Shown here in pieces: positions 43,227 through 51,799 of a DNA stretch of 64,000 bases. The position numbers and the translations under genes were made by a program. Every line of letters starts with the position of its first letter. The first letter of the stretch is position 1. A model generated the notes under the pieces. It was given only the letters and a program-made list of their open reading frames with translations, was not told the origin of the DNA and made no database searches. Origin of the DNA: an uncultured Gammaproteobacteria bacterium (GTDB lineage: Bacteria; Pseudomonadota; Gammaproteobacteria; Chromatiales; Chromatiaceae); NCBI GenBank assembly GCA_963736235.1, contig CAVTOR010000032.1, positions 109 through 64,108 of the forward strand. Reading direction: 5' to 3'.

Positions 43227-46200
43227 GTGGCCTTCAAGCATCGCATTCTGTTGGTGATTCTGGCTCTTGGGGCCTATTCTCAGATCGTGCAGGCCATGTT
43301 GATCCGCGAGGGCCTGGTGGTCTTCTACGGCAACGAGATCAGCCTCGGCGCCTTCTACGGCAGTTGGCTGTTCTGGCTCGCGGTAGGCTCGGTGGCGGTG
43401 GTGCGCGCGCGGGACCGGCGCCTTGTCCGCGATGCGGCGGCCTCATTGCGGTGGCTGCTCCTGCTGCTGCCGCTGCTCCTCGTCGGACAGGTGCTCGCGC
43501 TGCGCTCGCTGCGGCTGCTCCTGGATGTCTCCTCCAGTGAATTCGTGCCCCTTGGGGAGCTTTTCCTGTCTTTGTTCTTGATCACCATCCCAAGCGGACT
43601 GGTGCTCGGTATTTCCTTCCCGCTGGCGTGCAAGGCGCTCCGGGACGCCGCCGGGGATCTCGGCGCAGCCGGTGCGGTGACTGTGGTGTCGCGTCTTTAC
43701 GCTGTGGATGCGGTGGGGGCACTGCTGGGCGGAGTGCTCTTCACCTTTGTTCTCATCCAGTGGTTTGGCCTCGTTCAGACGCTGGGACTCGTCACCCTGG
43801 CGCTCGCGATTGGGGCCTGGTCGTTGGGGACGGAGCCTGGGCGGCACGGATGGGGGGCACTCGCGCTTGCCACGGTCGGCTTGATGGTGGCGGTGACCCC
43901 GATTGCGCATCTTCTCGAACGCGAGTTGGAAGAGCTTCGTTTCGCTACCCTGCAGCCGGGCATGGAGCTGCTCGACGCGGTGGATACCCGCTACGGTCAC
44001 GTCGCCCTTGCCCGGATCGGAGAGCAGATCTCCGTGGTGGGTGATGGCCAGGTGCGAGAGAGCTTCCCGCTGAGGCGGGAGGTGCAGCAACAGGCGGCCT
44101 ATTTCTACAGCCAGGCGGCGGGCGGAAAGCGGGCGCTTCTGTTCGGCGGCTTCGCGGGTGGCCTGCCTGCGGAGCTGCTGCGCTATCCGCTTGAGCGGAT
44201 GGAGGTGGTGGAGGAGGATCGGGTCGCCTTCGATCGGGTGCGGCCCTTCATGACCCCGGAGGCCGAGCAGGCGCTCGATGATCCGCGCCTGAGACTCACG
44301 TTTCTGGACGGGCGCCGGTTCGTCAACCGGTTGCCGTCGGATCAACTCTACGACCTGGTCCTAGTGCTCAACGCCGCCCCCTCCAGTGCCAGCAGCAATC
44401 GCTACTTCACCCGCGATTTTTACCTGCAGGTGCGCGAGCATCTGTCTCCGGACGGCGTCTTCTGCACCCAGGTCAGCGGAGCCTCCAATTACCTCGGACG
44501 AGAGGTCGGCGGATACGCGGGCTCGGTCTACAGGACGCTCCAAGCCATCTTTCCGCATGTCGCCATTGTGCCCGGGGACGTGCAGATCTTCTGCGCCTCG
44601 TCCACCCCGGGGCGGGTGAGTGAGGAGGCGGTGACGCTGGAGCGGCGCTATCTCGCCACTCCTCTGGACGAGCACCGCTTCCCGGCGGCGACCTTCTACA
44701 GCCTGCTGTCCGCGGAGGAGATCGACTACATGCGAGGGCGGCTCGAGGCGGCCACGGGGGAGGTCAATACCGACGAGCGGCCCGTGACCTACTACCTGAA
44801 CATGGTCCTGTGGGGGAAGTTCAGCGCCTCGGGCTTCGTCGATTGGCTGGAGCGGTTGCGGGGCATGGGTCCGTGGCCCTATCTGCTGCCGGCATGTCTG
44901 TTCGTCGCGCTGTGGTTGCTGCGCGCGGGTTTCGAGGGGTTCCGCCGGCCGGTCATGCAGCGCCAGGGGGCGACCTTCCTGCTCGGGATTCTCGGCCTGA
45001 TCGCGATGGCGGCGCAGCTCGCGGTGCTTTTCAGCTATCAGTCCCACGTCGGGTTCATGTTCGAACGTGTGGCGGTGCTCAACGGGCTGTTCATGACGGG
45101 GCTCGCCCTGGGCGCCGGGTTGGGGCGGAACCTGGCGCTCAAGCGGAGGCCCGTCACCGCGCTGACGGTGGTCATGATCCTGGTCGCCGGGGGGTTGCTC
45201 GCGCTCCCGGCGGCGATGACGCAGTTGGGCGCGGGCGCCTCCTCGTGGCAGGAGGCCGGTTATCTGATCCTGGCCCTCATGGTCGGTCTGCTGACCGGGA
45301 CCGCCTTTCCGCTCGGATTCCACCTGGCCCATGCCGACCTCGGGGAGATCGTCCACAGCGGCGGCATCGCGCAGGCGGCGGACAACCTGGGTGGAGCGGT
45401 CGGCGGGTTGATAGCCGGGGCGCTGATGGTGCCGCTGCTGGGGGTGGAGGGCACCTGCCGAGTCCTGGCCGTATTGTCTCTGGTCTGCCTTCTGCCTCTG
45501 TTGTACGCACGGCTGGCGCCGGAATCGGTGGCCCGGGACAGGGGGTTCGTGTCCTTCCCCTGGCCGCGATTGGGTTGGACTCTCGCCTTTGCCGTGCTGC
45601 TGGTCTACGGGTGGAGCCTGCTGGAGCGTGGGACCGAGCCGGGGCCGCGGGTCCGTTTCGACGATGGCCGCCTGGCGGATGTGAGCGGAGACGGGCGATT
45701 CGAGCTGGTGGAGAAGCCTTTTCCCCACTACCTGGTCACGCCCGCCGGCGCGTCGGGTGCGGATGCCGCCATTCTCTCTACCATGGCGGCCGCGCCCGAG
45801 GTGAGCGGGTTCGCCGGTCCCATCAACCTGCTCCTTGCCATCGGCCGGGAGGGGAGGTTGAGGGGCGTGCGTTATCTGCAGTCCGATGAGACGCCATCCT
45901 ACATCGTCGGGATCGACGGCTGGCTCGTGGGCTTGGCGGGTCAGGATCTCTCCTCCGGTCCCCTCGAGTTGGATCGGATTGACGCCCTGAGCGGCGCCAC
46001 GGTCACCAGTCGCGCCGTCCTCGACGCGATCAACCGCAGCGCACGCCGGGTTACCGAGGCCGCCTTCGGGTCTCCCGTTCCGCCGGAGGAAGAGGGGTCG
46101 CGGCCAGCACTGGATGCCGCCTTTTATGCGACCTTGGCGTTGTTGTTGGCCTTCTTTCCCATCTATCTGTCGGGCAGCGAGCGGCTCCGAATCTTGTATC

Positions 46201-46853
46201 AGGTGGCCGCTCTGGGCACGCTTGGCCTGTGGCTCAACACCCCCATCACCGAGATCGACCTGGTGAATCTCAGCCTGGGCCACGCCGCCTCTCCACTGGA
46301 GAACCCTCAGCGCTGGCTGCTCTTGGGTTTCGTCCCCGTGACCGGCCTGCTGTTCGGCCAGGTCTGGTGCGGCTATATCTGTCCCTTCGGCGCCCTGCAA
46401 GAGTTGGTCTCGCGGCTAGGCCGCCTGCTCGGCCTGCGCGCCTATCCGGATCGGCGCCTGGAGCAACGGGCGCGCTTTCTCAAGTTCGTCTTCCTGGCCC
46501 TGATGCTGGTGGCGGTCTGGGTCGGCGGCGATACCCTGTGGGCTTCCTTCGACCCCATGCAGCACATCTTCGGCGGGCGGCTCGCGGGCTGGATGCTGAT
46601 CCTGGCCGGGACCGTGCTTCTCGGGTCCCTGTTCTACGTGCGCTTCTGGTGCCGATACTTCTGTCCCCTCGGTGCCCTGCTGGCGCTCGGGAACAAGATC
46701 GCCCTGCTGGAGCGCTTCGCCCCCAGGCGCCGCTTCGAACACTGCGATCTGGGCGTGAAGGACAGATTCGACGTGGACTGCATCCGCTGCAGCCGTTGCC
46801 TCTCCGGTGCCGATACCCGGGTGCGCCATCGCCGGCGGGAGACCGGGGCCTGA
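43227..46853 (+). CDS. membrane fusion protein: TM block - spermidine-synthase-like domain - TM block - FMN_bind domain - NapH/NosR-like Fe-S membrane domain
   Basis: GTG start. Spermidine-synthase-like core 'DTRYGHVALARIGE...LLFGGFAGGLPAELL...LDGRRFV...YDLVLVL'. FMN_bind with flavinylation-type motif 'DALSGATVTS' (SGAT at 45990-46001). Two CX3CP motifs, 'WCGYICPFGALQE' and 'WCRYFCPLGALLAL'. Terminal 'CIRCSRC'. Confidence 0.8.
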   Translation: MAFKHRILLVILALGAYSQIVQAMLIREGLVVFYGNEISLGAFYGSWLFWLAVGSVAVVRARDRRLVRDAAASLRWLLLLLPLLLVGQVLALRSLRLLLDVSSSEFVPLGELFLSLFLITIPSGLVLGISFPLACKALRDAAGDLGAAGAVTVVSRLYAVDAVGALLGGVLFTFVLIQWFGLVQTLGLVTLALAIGAWSLGTEPGRHGWGALALATVGLMVAVTPIAHLLERELEELRFATLQPGMELLDAVDTRYGHVALARIGEQISVVGDGQVRESFPLRREVQQQAAYFYSQAAGGKRALLFGGFAGGLPAELLRYPLERMEVVEEDRVAFDRVRPFMTPEAEQALDDPRLRLTFLDGRRFVNRLPSDQLYDLVLVLNAAPSSASSNRYFTRDFYLQVREHLSPDGVFCTQVSGASNYLGREVGGYAGSVYRTLQAIFPHVAIVPGDVQIFCASSTPGRVSEEAVTLERRYLATPLDEHRFPAATFYSLLSAEEIDYMRGRLEAATGEVNTDERPVTYYLNMVLWGKFSASGFVDWLERLRGMGPWPYLLPACLFVALWLLRAGFEGFRRPVMQRQGATFLLGILGLIAMAAQLAVLFSYQSHVGFMFERVAVLNGLFMTGLALGAGLGRNLALKRRPVTALTVVMILVAGGLLALPAAMTQLGAGASSWQEAGYLILALMVGLLTGTAFPLGFHLAHADLGEIVHSGGIAQAADNLGGAVGGLIAGALMVPLLGVEGTCRVLAVLSLVCLLPLLYARLAPESVARDRGFVSFPWPRLGWTLAFAVLLVYGWSLLERGTEPGPRVRFDDGRLADVSGDGRFELVEKPFPHYLVTPAGASGADAAILSTMAAAPEVSGFAGPINLLLAIGREGRLRGVRYLQSDETPSYIVGIDGWLVGLAGQDLSSGPLELDRIDALSGATVTSRAVLDAINRSARRVTEAAFGSPVPPEEEGSRPALDAAFYATLALLLAFFPIYLSGSERLRILYQVAALGTLGLWLNTPITEIDLVNLSLGHAASPLENPQRWLLLGFVPVTGLLFGQVWCGYICPFGALQELVSRLGRLLGLRAYPDRRLEQRARFLKFVFLALMLVAVWVGGDTLWASFDPMQHIFGGRLAGWMLILAGTVLLGSLFYVRFWCRYFCPLGALLALGNKIALLERFAPRRRFEHCDLGVKDRFDVDCIRCSRCLSGADTRVRHRRRETGA

Positions 46854-46981
46854 GCGAATTCCCGGCGCATGCCCTGAAGCGGGGACAGTTCGCATCTCCC
46901 TACTCATAGATGAGGGGGAGCTCCGGCCCGACGCCGATCGTCTAAGCTTTTGATAGCGCGGTCATTCGGGAACCCCAAGTT

Positions 46982-47236
46982 ATGGGCGTGTGGATCAAGC
47001 GGTTGCACCTTCGCGAGCTGAGGTTTCTCGGCCTGATTGCGATCTCCGTCTCGCTCATGGCGCTGCACCTGGGTTCCAGCCTGCGTCTCAACGATCAGGA
47101 AGGATCGGGCTGGCGCAAGATCGACCTGGAGGCCCTGCAGCGGCGCATCGAGACCGGGGAGCTTAGGGAGAGGGAGGCGGATTGGTATCACCCGGCCACG
47201 CCGGAGGAGATCAGACCCTCGAGAGGCGCGCCATGA
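46982..47236 (+). CDS. small single-pass membrane protein (84 aa) with C-terminal 'READWYHP' motif
   Basis: Positively charged N-terminus, TM helix 'FLGLIAISVSLMALHL', hydrophilic tail. The stop overlaps the next ATG (ATGA at 47233-47236). Confidence 0.55.
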   Translation: MGVWIKRLHLRELRFLGLIAISVSLMALHLGSSLRLNDQEGSGWRKIDLEALQRRIETGELREREADWYHPATPEEIRPSRGAP

Positions 47237-48211
47237 GCGAGGTCACCTGCGAGCTCTGTCCGCGTGGCTGCGTGATCCCCGAGGGCGGGGCGGGGGATTG
47301 CCGGATCCGGGTCAATCTGGACGGCAAGCTGCGGGCCACCACCTACGGGCGTCCCTCCGCCATCCACATCGACCCGATGGAAAAGAAGCCCCTCTACCAC
47401 TTCCGCCCTGGCTCCCCGGTGTTCTCCATCGCCACCGCCGGGTGCAACCTGCATTGCCTCAACTGTCAGAACTGGCAGCTCTCACAGCGCGGGGGAGGAA
47501 ATGGAGACGGTCTATAGGGCCGATCCCTGGGAGCTGGTCCAGGCCGCTAAGGAAGAGGGCTGCCAGAGCATCGCCTACACCTACTCGGACCCGGTCGTCT
47601 TCTACGAGTACGTTTACGACAGCAGCGCGCTGGCCCATCGGGAGGGCCTGACAAACCTCTTCATCACCGCCGGCTACATCAACCGAAAACCCCTGCGCAA
47701 GCTCTGCCGGGTTCTGGACGCGGCCAATGTCGATCTCAAGGCCTTCGACGACGACTTTTACCGGCGCGTGAGCGGCGCCACGCTCCAGCCGGTGCTGGAC
47801 GCCCTGGTCACCTTGCGCGAGGAGGGGGTGTGGCTCGAGGTGACGAATCTGCTGATTCCCACGTTGAACGACGACCTGGCGCTGATTCGGCGCATGGTGC
47901 GGTGGATCCGCGATGAGCTGGGGGAGGGCACGCCCCTGCATTTCAGCCGCTTCCATCCCCAGTACCGGATGCGAAATCTGCCGCCGACGCCGGGGGAGGC
48001 GCTGGACCGTGCCCGCGGCGAGGCCTTGGACGCGGGCCTGCACTATGTCTACGTCGGAAACATTCCCGGTCACGAGGGTGGTTCGACCTATTGTCCGAAC
48101 GATGGCACCCTGCTGATCGGGCGTACCGGCTTTTTGATCACCGAGAACAACCTGACAGCGGATGGCCGCTGTCCCTCCTGTAACGAGAAGATTCCGGGAG
48201 TCTGGCAATGA
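47233..48211 (+). pseudogene. AmmeMemoRadiSam-system-type radical SAM enzyme (copy 2), one frameshift in the G5 run 47491-47495
   Basis: 'CELCPRGC' and 'CNLHCLNCQNWQLSQ' (CxxxCxxC) are in frame 1. 'EEMETVYRADPWELVQAAKEEGCQSIAYTYSDPVVFYEY ... CPNDG...CPSC' are in frame 2. Confidence 0.8.
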
Positions 48212-48384
48212 AATCCAAACCTGAGTGGGAGCCGAAGCGGCTCGGGCGCAGGCGTTTCCTCGGTTTCCTAGGCGGCGTGGGCGCGGCTGGATTGCCTCTG
48301 CCGCTGCTGCATCGACAATGGATGGCCGACGAGCGGAGTCTCAAGGAGGCGGATTTCTACCGTCCCCACGACCTGGCCGGGTGA
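48208..48384 (+). CDS. 58-aa twin-arginine (Tat) signal protein with C-terminal 'KEADFYRPHDLAG' (below the ORF-track length cutoff)
   Basis: 'MKSKPEWEPKRLGRRRFLGFLGGVGAAGLPLPLL' matches the Tat consensus (RRxFL + h-region). The ATG overlaps the rSAM stop (ATGA). It ends 5 nt before the next ATG. Confidence 0.55.
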   Translation: MKSKPEWEPKRLGRRRFLGFLGGVGAAGLPLPLLHRQWMADERSLKEADFYRPHDLAG

Positions 48385-48389
48385 AAGCG

Positions 48390-49979
48390 ATGGGGCGAAG
48401 GCTGTTGCTGAGGAGGCTGGCCTGGCTCGGGGCGGGTTGGCTCCTTGCCTTGTCGGTCGCCGCTGACGGGCGGGTGCGAGAGAGCGCCCTTGCGGGTGCC
48501 TGGTACCCCGACGACCCTGGCGAGCTGTCCGAGTATGTGGACGGCCTGCTCGATGCCGCAACCACCGCGCCGCCGCTGGAACCCATCCGTGCGCTGATTC
48601 TCCCCCACGCGGGCTATGTCTACAGCGGCGCGACCGCGGCACAAGCCGTCGTCCTGGTGCGGGGGCGCGAGTTCCGGCGGATTATGATTCTCGCCCCCTC
48701 GCACCAAAGCGGATTCGCGGGTCTGTCCATCCCCGACGTGGACGCCTACGAGACGCCGCTGGGGGAGGTTCCGCTCGATACGGCGGCGATCGCCGGTCTG
48801 CGCGGTTCACGGTTGGTCCTCAACGACCCCGCCGCGCACGAACGTGAGCATGCGATCGAGATCGAGCTGCCTTTGCTCCAGCGTGCGCTCTCACCCGGAT
48901 GGAAGCTGGTTCCGGTGTTGGTTGGTCGGATGGCGTCCGACGACTATGCCGAGGCGGCCGATCTGCTACGGCCTCTGGCCGACGCCGAGACCCTGATGGT
49001 CGTCTCCAGCGACTTCACCCACTACGGACCCCGGTTCGGCTACATGCCCTTCCCGCCGGATCAGGGGGTCGCCGACCGCATCCGTGAGCTGGACGACGGG
49101 GCCATCGCCCGCATCCTGGCCGGCGACGGGCCGGGACTCCTGGACTATCAGGCGCAGACCGGGATCACCATCTGCGGCTACCGGCCCCTGACGCTGCTGC
49201 TCCACATGCTCCCCGCCGATGCGCGTATACAACCGGTGGCTTATGCCACGAGCGGCGCGCTCACCGGGGACTGGAGCAACTCGGTCAGCTACGCAGCCAT
49301 GCTGGTCACGGGTCCCAGCCCTTTGTCGGGGGTCGAGGCGCCATCGCCTGCGCCCGATCAAGGTTCATATGACGAGGAGGATCTGCACCTGCTTCACCGC
49401 CTGGCGGTGCTCGGCGTCGAGCGCACTGTGCTTGGCCCCTCCGCAGACCGCGACGCCCGGATCAGTGCCCTCGTGAGCCGAATGCCTGAACATCTGGGGG
49501 CGCCCGGCGGGGCGTTCGTCACGCTCAAGCAGGGCGGGCACCTGCGCGGCTGTGTCGGCTATATCTGGCCGCGGAAACCCCTCTATCAGACCGTGCTGGA
49601 AAATGGCGCCAACGCCGCAGCGAACGACAGGCGCTTCCGGCCCGTGGGGGCGGACGAGCTGGAGCGCCTGGAAGTGGAGGTGAGCGTGCTGTCGCCACCT
49701 CGCCCCATCGCCTCCCCGGGTGATTTCCGGGTGGGGGATGAGGGCGTCATCCTGCGCAAGGATGGCCGGCAGGCCGTATTTCTGCCGGAAGTGGCGCGCG
49801 AGCAGGGGTGGACACGGGAGGAGACGCTCTCCGAGCTCGCACGCAAGGCCGGGCTGGAGGGCGGCGACTGGCGCGAGGGGGCCTCGTTCGAGGTCTTCAG
49901 CAGCACCAAGTACGCGGCACCCTACCTGGGCTCATCCCAGGCCGATTCGGCTCAGGGCAACTCCACCACCCTGAGATAG
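48390..49979 (+). CDS. AmmeMemoRadiSam system protein B (MEMO-like) fused to protein A (AMMECR1-like), with N-terminal signal/anchor
   Basis: N-terminus 'MGRRLLLRRLAWLGAGWLLALSVAADG'. MEMO motifs 'AGAWYPDDP', 'PHAGYVYSG', 'EHAIEIELPLLQ', 'SSDFTHYGPRFGY'. AMMECR1 motifs 'GAFVTLKQGGHLRGCVGYI' and 'AVFLPEVAREQGW'. Confidence 0.85.
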   Translation: MGRRLLLRRLAWLGAGWLLALSVAADGRVRESALAGAWYPDDPGELSEYVDGLLDAATTAPPLEPIRALILPHAGYVYSGATAAQAVVLVRGREFRRIMILAPSHQSGFAGLSIPDVDAYETPLGEVPLDTAAIAGLRGSRLVLNDPAAHEREHAIEIELPLLQRALSPGWKLVPVLVGRMASDDYAEAADLLRPLADAETLMVVSSDFTHYGPRFGYMPFPPDQGVADRIRELDDGAIARILAGDGPGLLDYQAQTGITICGYRPLTLLLHMLPADARIQPVAYATSGALTGDWSNSVSYAAMLVTGPSPLSGVEAPSPAPDQGSYDEEDLHLLHRLAVLGVERTVLGPSADRDARISALVSRMPEHLGAPGGAFVTLKQGGHLRGCVGYIWPRKPLYQTVLENGANAAANDRRFRPVGADELERLEVEVSVLSPPRPIASPGDFRVGDEGVILRKDGRQAVFLPEVAREQGWTREETLSELARKAGLEGGDWREGASFEVFSSTKYAAPYLGSSQADSAQGNSTTLR

Positions 49980-50791
49980 ATGTCGCGATCGACGCGCCGC
50001 TGGCCGTCGGCGCGGTGAAACAGGCCCTGCCGCGAATGGCTCTCCGCGACCGACGCACCACCCAGGGATATCCACTCGCCTAGATTCCCGCTGACCTGAG
50101 ACTCTACCGCCCCGGTAGGGGTAGATCCGCGCCGATCCAGCGAGCCGCTGGCGAAGGCGCTGATCTCCAGCGTTACCCGATTGCCGGTCACACGAGGCAG
50201 CACATAGAAGCCGGACCCGCTCCGCTCATAGGTCACCCCGCCGCGGCTGTAGGTCCCGCCGGGGCCTCTGTAGCGCTCCTGGTAACCCACGGGAGAGTCG
50301 CTCCCGACGGCGATGAAGGCGCGATGGCCTTCGAGCACCCGCACCTCCTGAGATACCGCCTGCTCCCCCCGGCGACTGCCGCTGAGGGCCTCGATGCGGG
50401 TTCCACCGCCTGATCGCGGCGGGCCCGTGCGAATTCGCACCCGGTCTCCCGCCACCTCGTCAATCGCCACGCCGACACCCGACCCGGAGCGGTCCGACTC
50501 GGTGTTTTGGCGTACCTGGATCAGCAGGTTACGGGGAGCGCGGTCCAGATGCCGCAGCGCCCGCCGGATCTCTTCCAAGGTCTGCGGCGAGGCGCGGATG
50601 AAAAGCGTGTTCCCGGTGCCGGCGACCGTGCCGTCGGGACCCGCGATTGGCGCCAGCAGGGGGATAAGATCCTCCGCGGGTCGGCTCGAAAGGTTGACGA
50701 TCTCCAGCGGATAGTCCGCCCACGCCACGGAGTGGAGAAGGGACCAGACCGAAACGGCGACGATGACTGCTCGTGAGAAATTCGACCTCAT
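49952..50791 (-). CDS. short secretin-like periplasmic/outer-membrane protein (Secretin_N-type domain plus compact beta region)
   Basis: Signal peptide, then 'LEIVNLSSRPAEDLIPLLAPI...GNTLFIRASPQTLEEIRRALRHLD'. The later 'VRVLEGHRAFIAVG ... GFYVLPRV ... VSGNLGEWISLGG' resembles a secretin core. The 3' end overlaps the convergent gene by 28 nt. Confidence 0.5.
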   Translation of the reverse strand: MRSNFSRAVIVAVSVWSLLHSVAWADYPLEIVNLSSRPAEDLIPLLAPIAGPDGTVAGTGNTLFIRASPQTLEEIRRALRHLDRAPRNLLIQVRQNTESDRSGSGVGVAIDEVAGDRVRIRTGPPRSGGGTRIEALSGSRRGEQAVSQEVRVLEGHRAFIAVGSDSPVGYQERYRGPGGTYSRGGVTYERSGSGFYVLPRVTGNRVTLEISAFASGSLDRRGSTPTGAVESQVSGNLGEWISLGGASVAESHSRQGLFHRADGQRRVDRDIYLRVVELP

Positions 50792-50814
50792 GTTGACCCC
50801 GGTGACGTTGGCGC

Positions 50815-51348
50815 TCAGAGATGCAGGTGGCGCAGCTCCGGGAGAGCCTCGCCCCGCTCCCAGATGTGATCGAATTGCTCTCGCAGCCGGCGCACCGTCG
50901 CGGGTGCGTTGTAGTCCGCGTTGCCCTCGAATACGTCGGCCAGCCGGCGCAGGATGTAGCCGCTGTCGTCCGCCAGCAGATAGGCCTCGGTGTGGCGGGA
51001 AAACTCCGCCGGGACGCCCCGAATCTGGATATGAGAGGTGTGCTGGCGCGCGAGCTCCACCAGCCGGTGGCCACTCCGGACGGCCGGCTCGGGATCGAAC
51101 AGCAGGACACGCACGGGTAACCGTGGGCCGCCCTGCAGGGCGAGCTGACGCAAAGGCTCCAGGAAGTCCTGAAAATCGTACAAAGAGGCGTCGAGGTCAC
51201 GGCTGAAGATCGCGAGCTCACGCGTGGCCTGTCCGGCCATGTGCGCGCTCGCGCTCCGGAGAGAGGGCTGATCCGGGAGCGTGAGGGCACCAGCACTCAG
51301 CCCGAGGCGGTGGCGCTTAAGCTCATTCTGCAGTTGCATGGGAGGCAC
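50815..51348 (-). CDS. conserved hypothetical protein
   Basis: 177-aa coding-like ORF. No family recognised. Confidence 0.5.
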   Translation of the reverse strand: MPPMQLQNELKRHRLGLSAGALTLPDQPSLRSASAHMAGQATRELAIFSRDLDASLYDFQDFLEPLRQLALQGGPRLPVRVLLFDPEPAVRSGHRLVELARQHTSHIQIRGVPAEFSRHTEAYLLADDSGYILRRLADVFEGNADYNAPATVRRLREQFDHIWERGEALPELRHLHL

Positions 51349-51799
51349 CAGCGAGCGTCATTCTGCGGTGGGGGATGCCCGCCTCGTCGAAGGCGTGTCC
51401 AACAGGTTGGAATCCGGCACGCAAATAGAAGGGGAGGGCCGAGGTCTGGGCATTGAGAAAGATGTCCGGGTATCCGTCGTCGGCCGCGATCTGCAGGATC
51501 TCACGCAACAGGGCGCTGCCCACGCCCTGCCCGCGCCGCTCCGGAAGGACTGCCATGCGCCCGATCTGGCCGGTCGGCAGCAGGCGGGCCGTGCCGATGG
51601 GGCGGCCGGCGCCGTCCAGCGCCAGCAGGTGGACGGCGGTCGTGTCCTGGTCGTCCCATTCCGACGACTCCGGGACTCCCTGTTCGTGCACGAATACATC
51701 CAGGCGTATCCGCCTGAGGGCACCGCGATCGCGGCCCCAGTCCGCACGTCGGATGCGGTAGGCGGTCGGGTCAGGCGTCGAGCTCATGATGGCCGTCAT
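51323..51799 (-). CDS. GNAT-family N-acetyltransferase
   Basis: Motif 'RMAVLPERRGQGVGSALL' (acetyl-CoA binding R-x-x-G-x-G). Confidence 0.8.
   Translation of the reverse strand: MTAIMSSTPDPTAYRIRRADWGRDRGALRRIRLDVFVHEQGVPESSEWDDQDTTAVHLLALDGAGRPIGTARLLPTGQIGRMAVLPERRGQGVGSALLREILQIAADDGYPDIFLNAQTSALPFYLRAGFQPVGHAFDEAGIPHRRMTLAGASHATAE

Noticed and set aside
47174-48366. Reading the shared E-A-D-[WF]-Y as a PqqA-like E-X3-Y crosslink site for the adjacent radical SAM enzyme.
   Set aside because: The spacing coincidence is real. However, the radical SAM here is PflA-like rather than a SPASM/PqqE-type enzyme, no pqqB/C/D-like genes are present, and two residues are too little evidence. It stays a speculation attached to the small-ORF finding.
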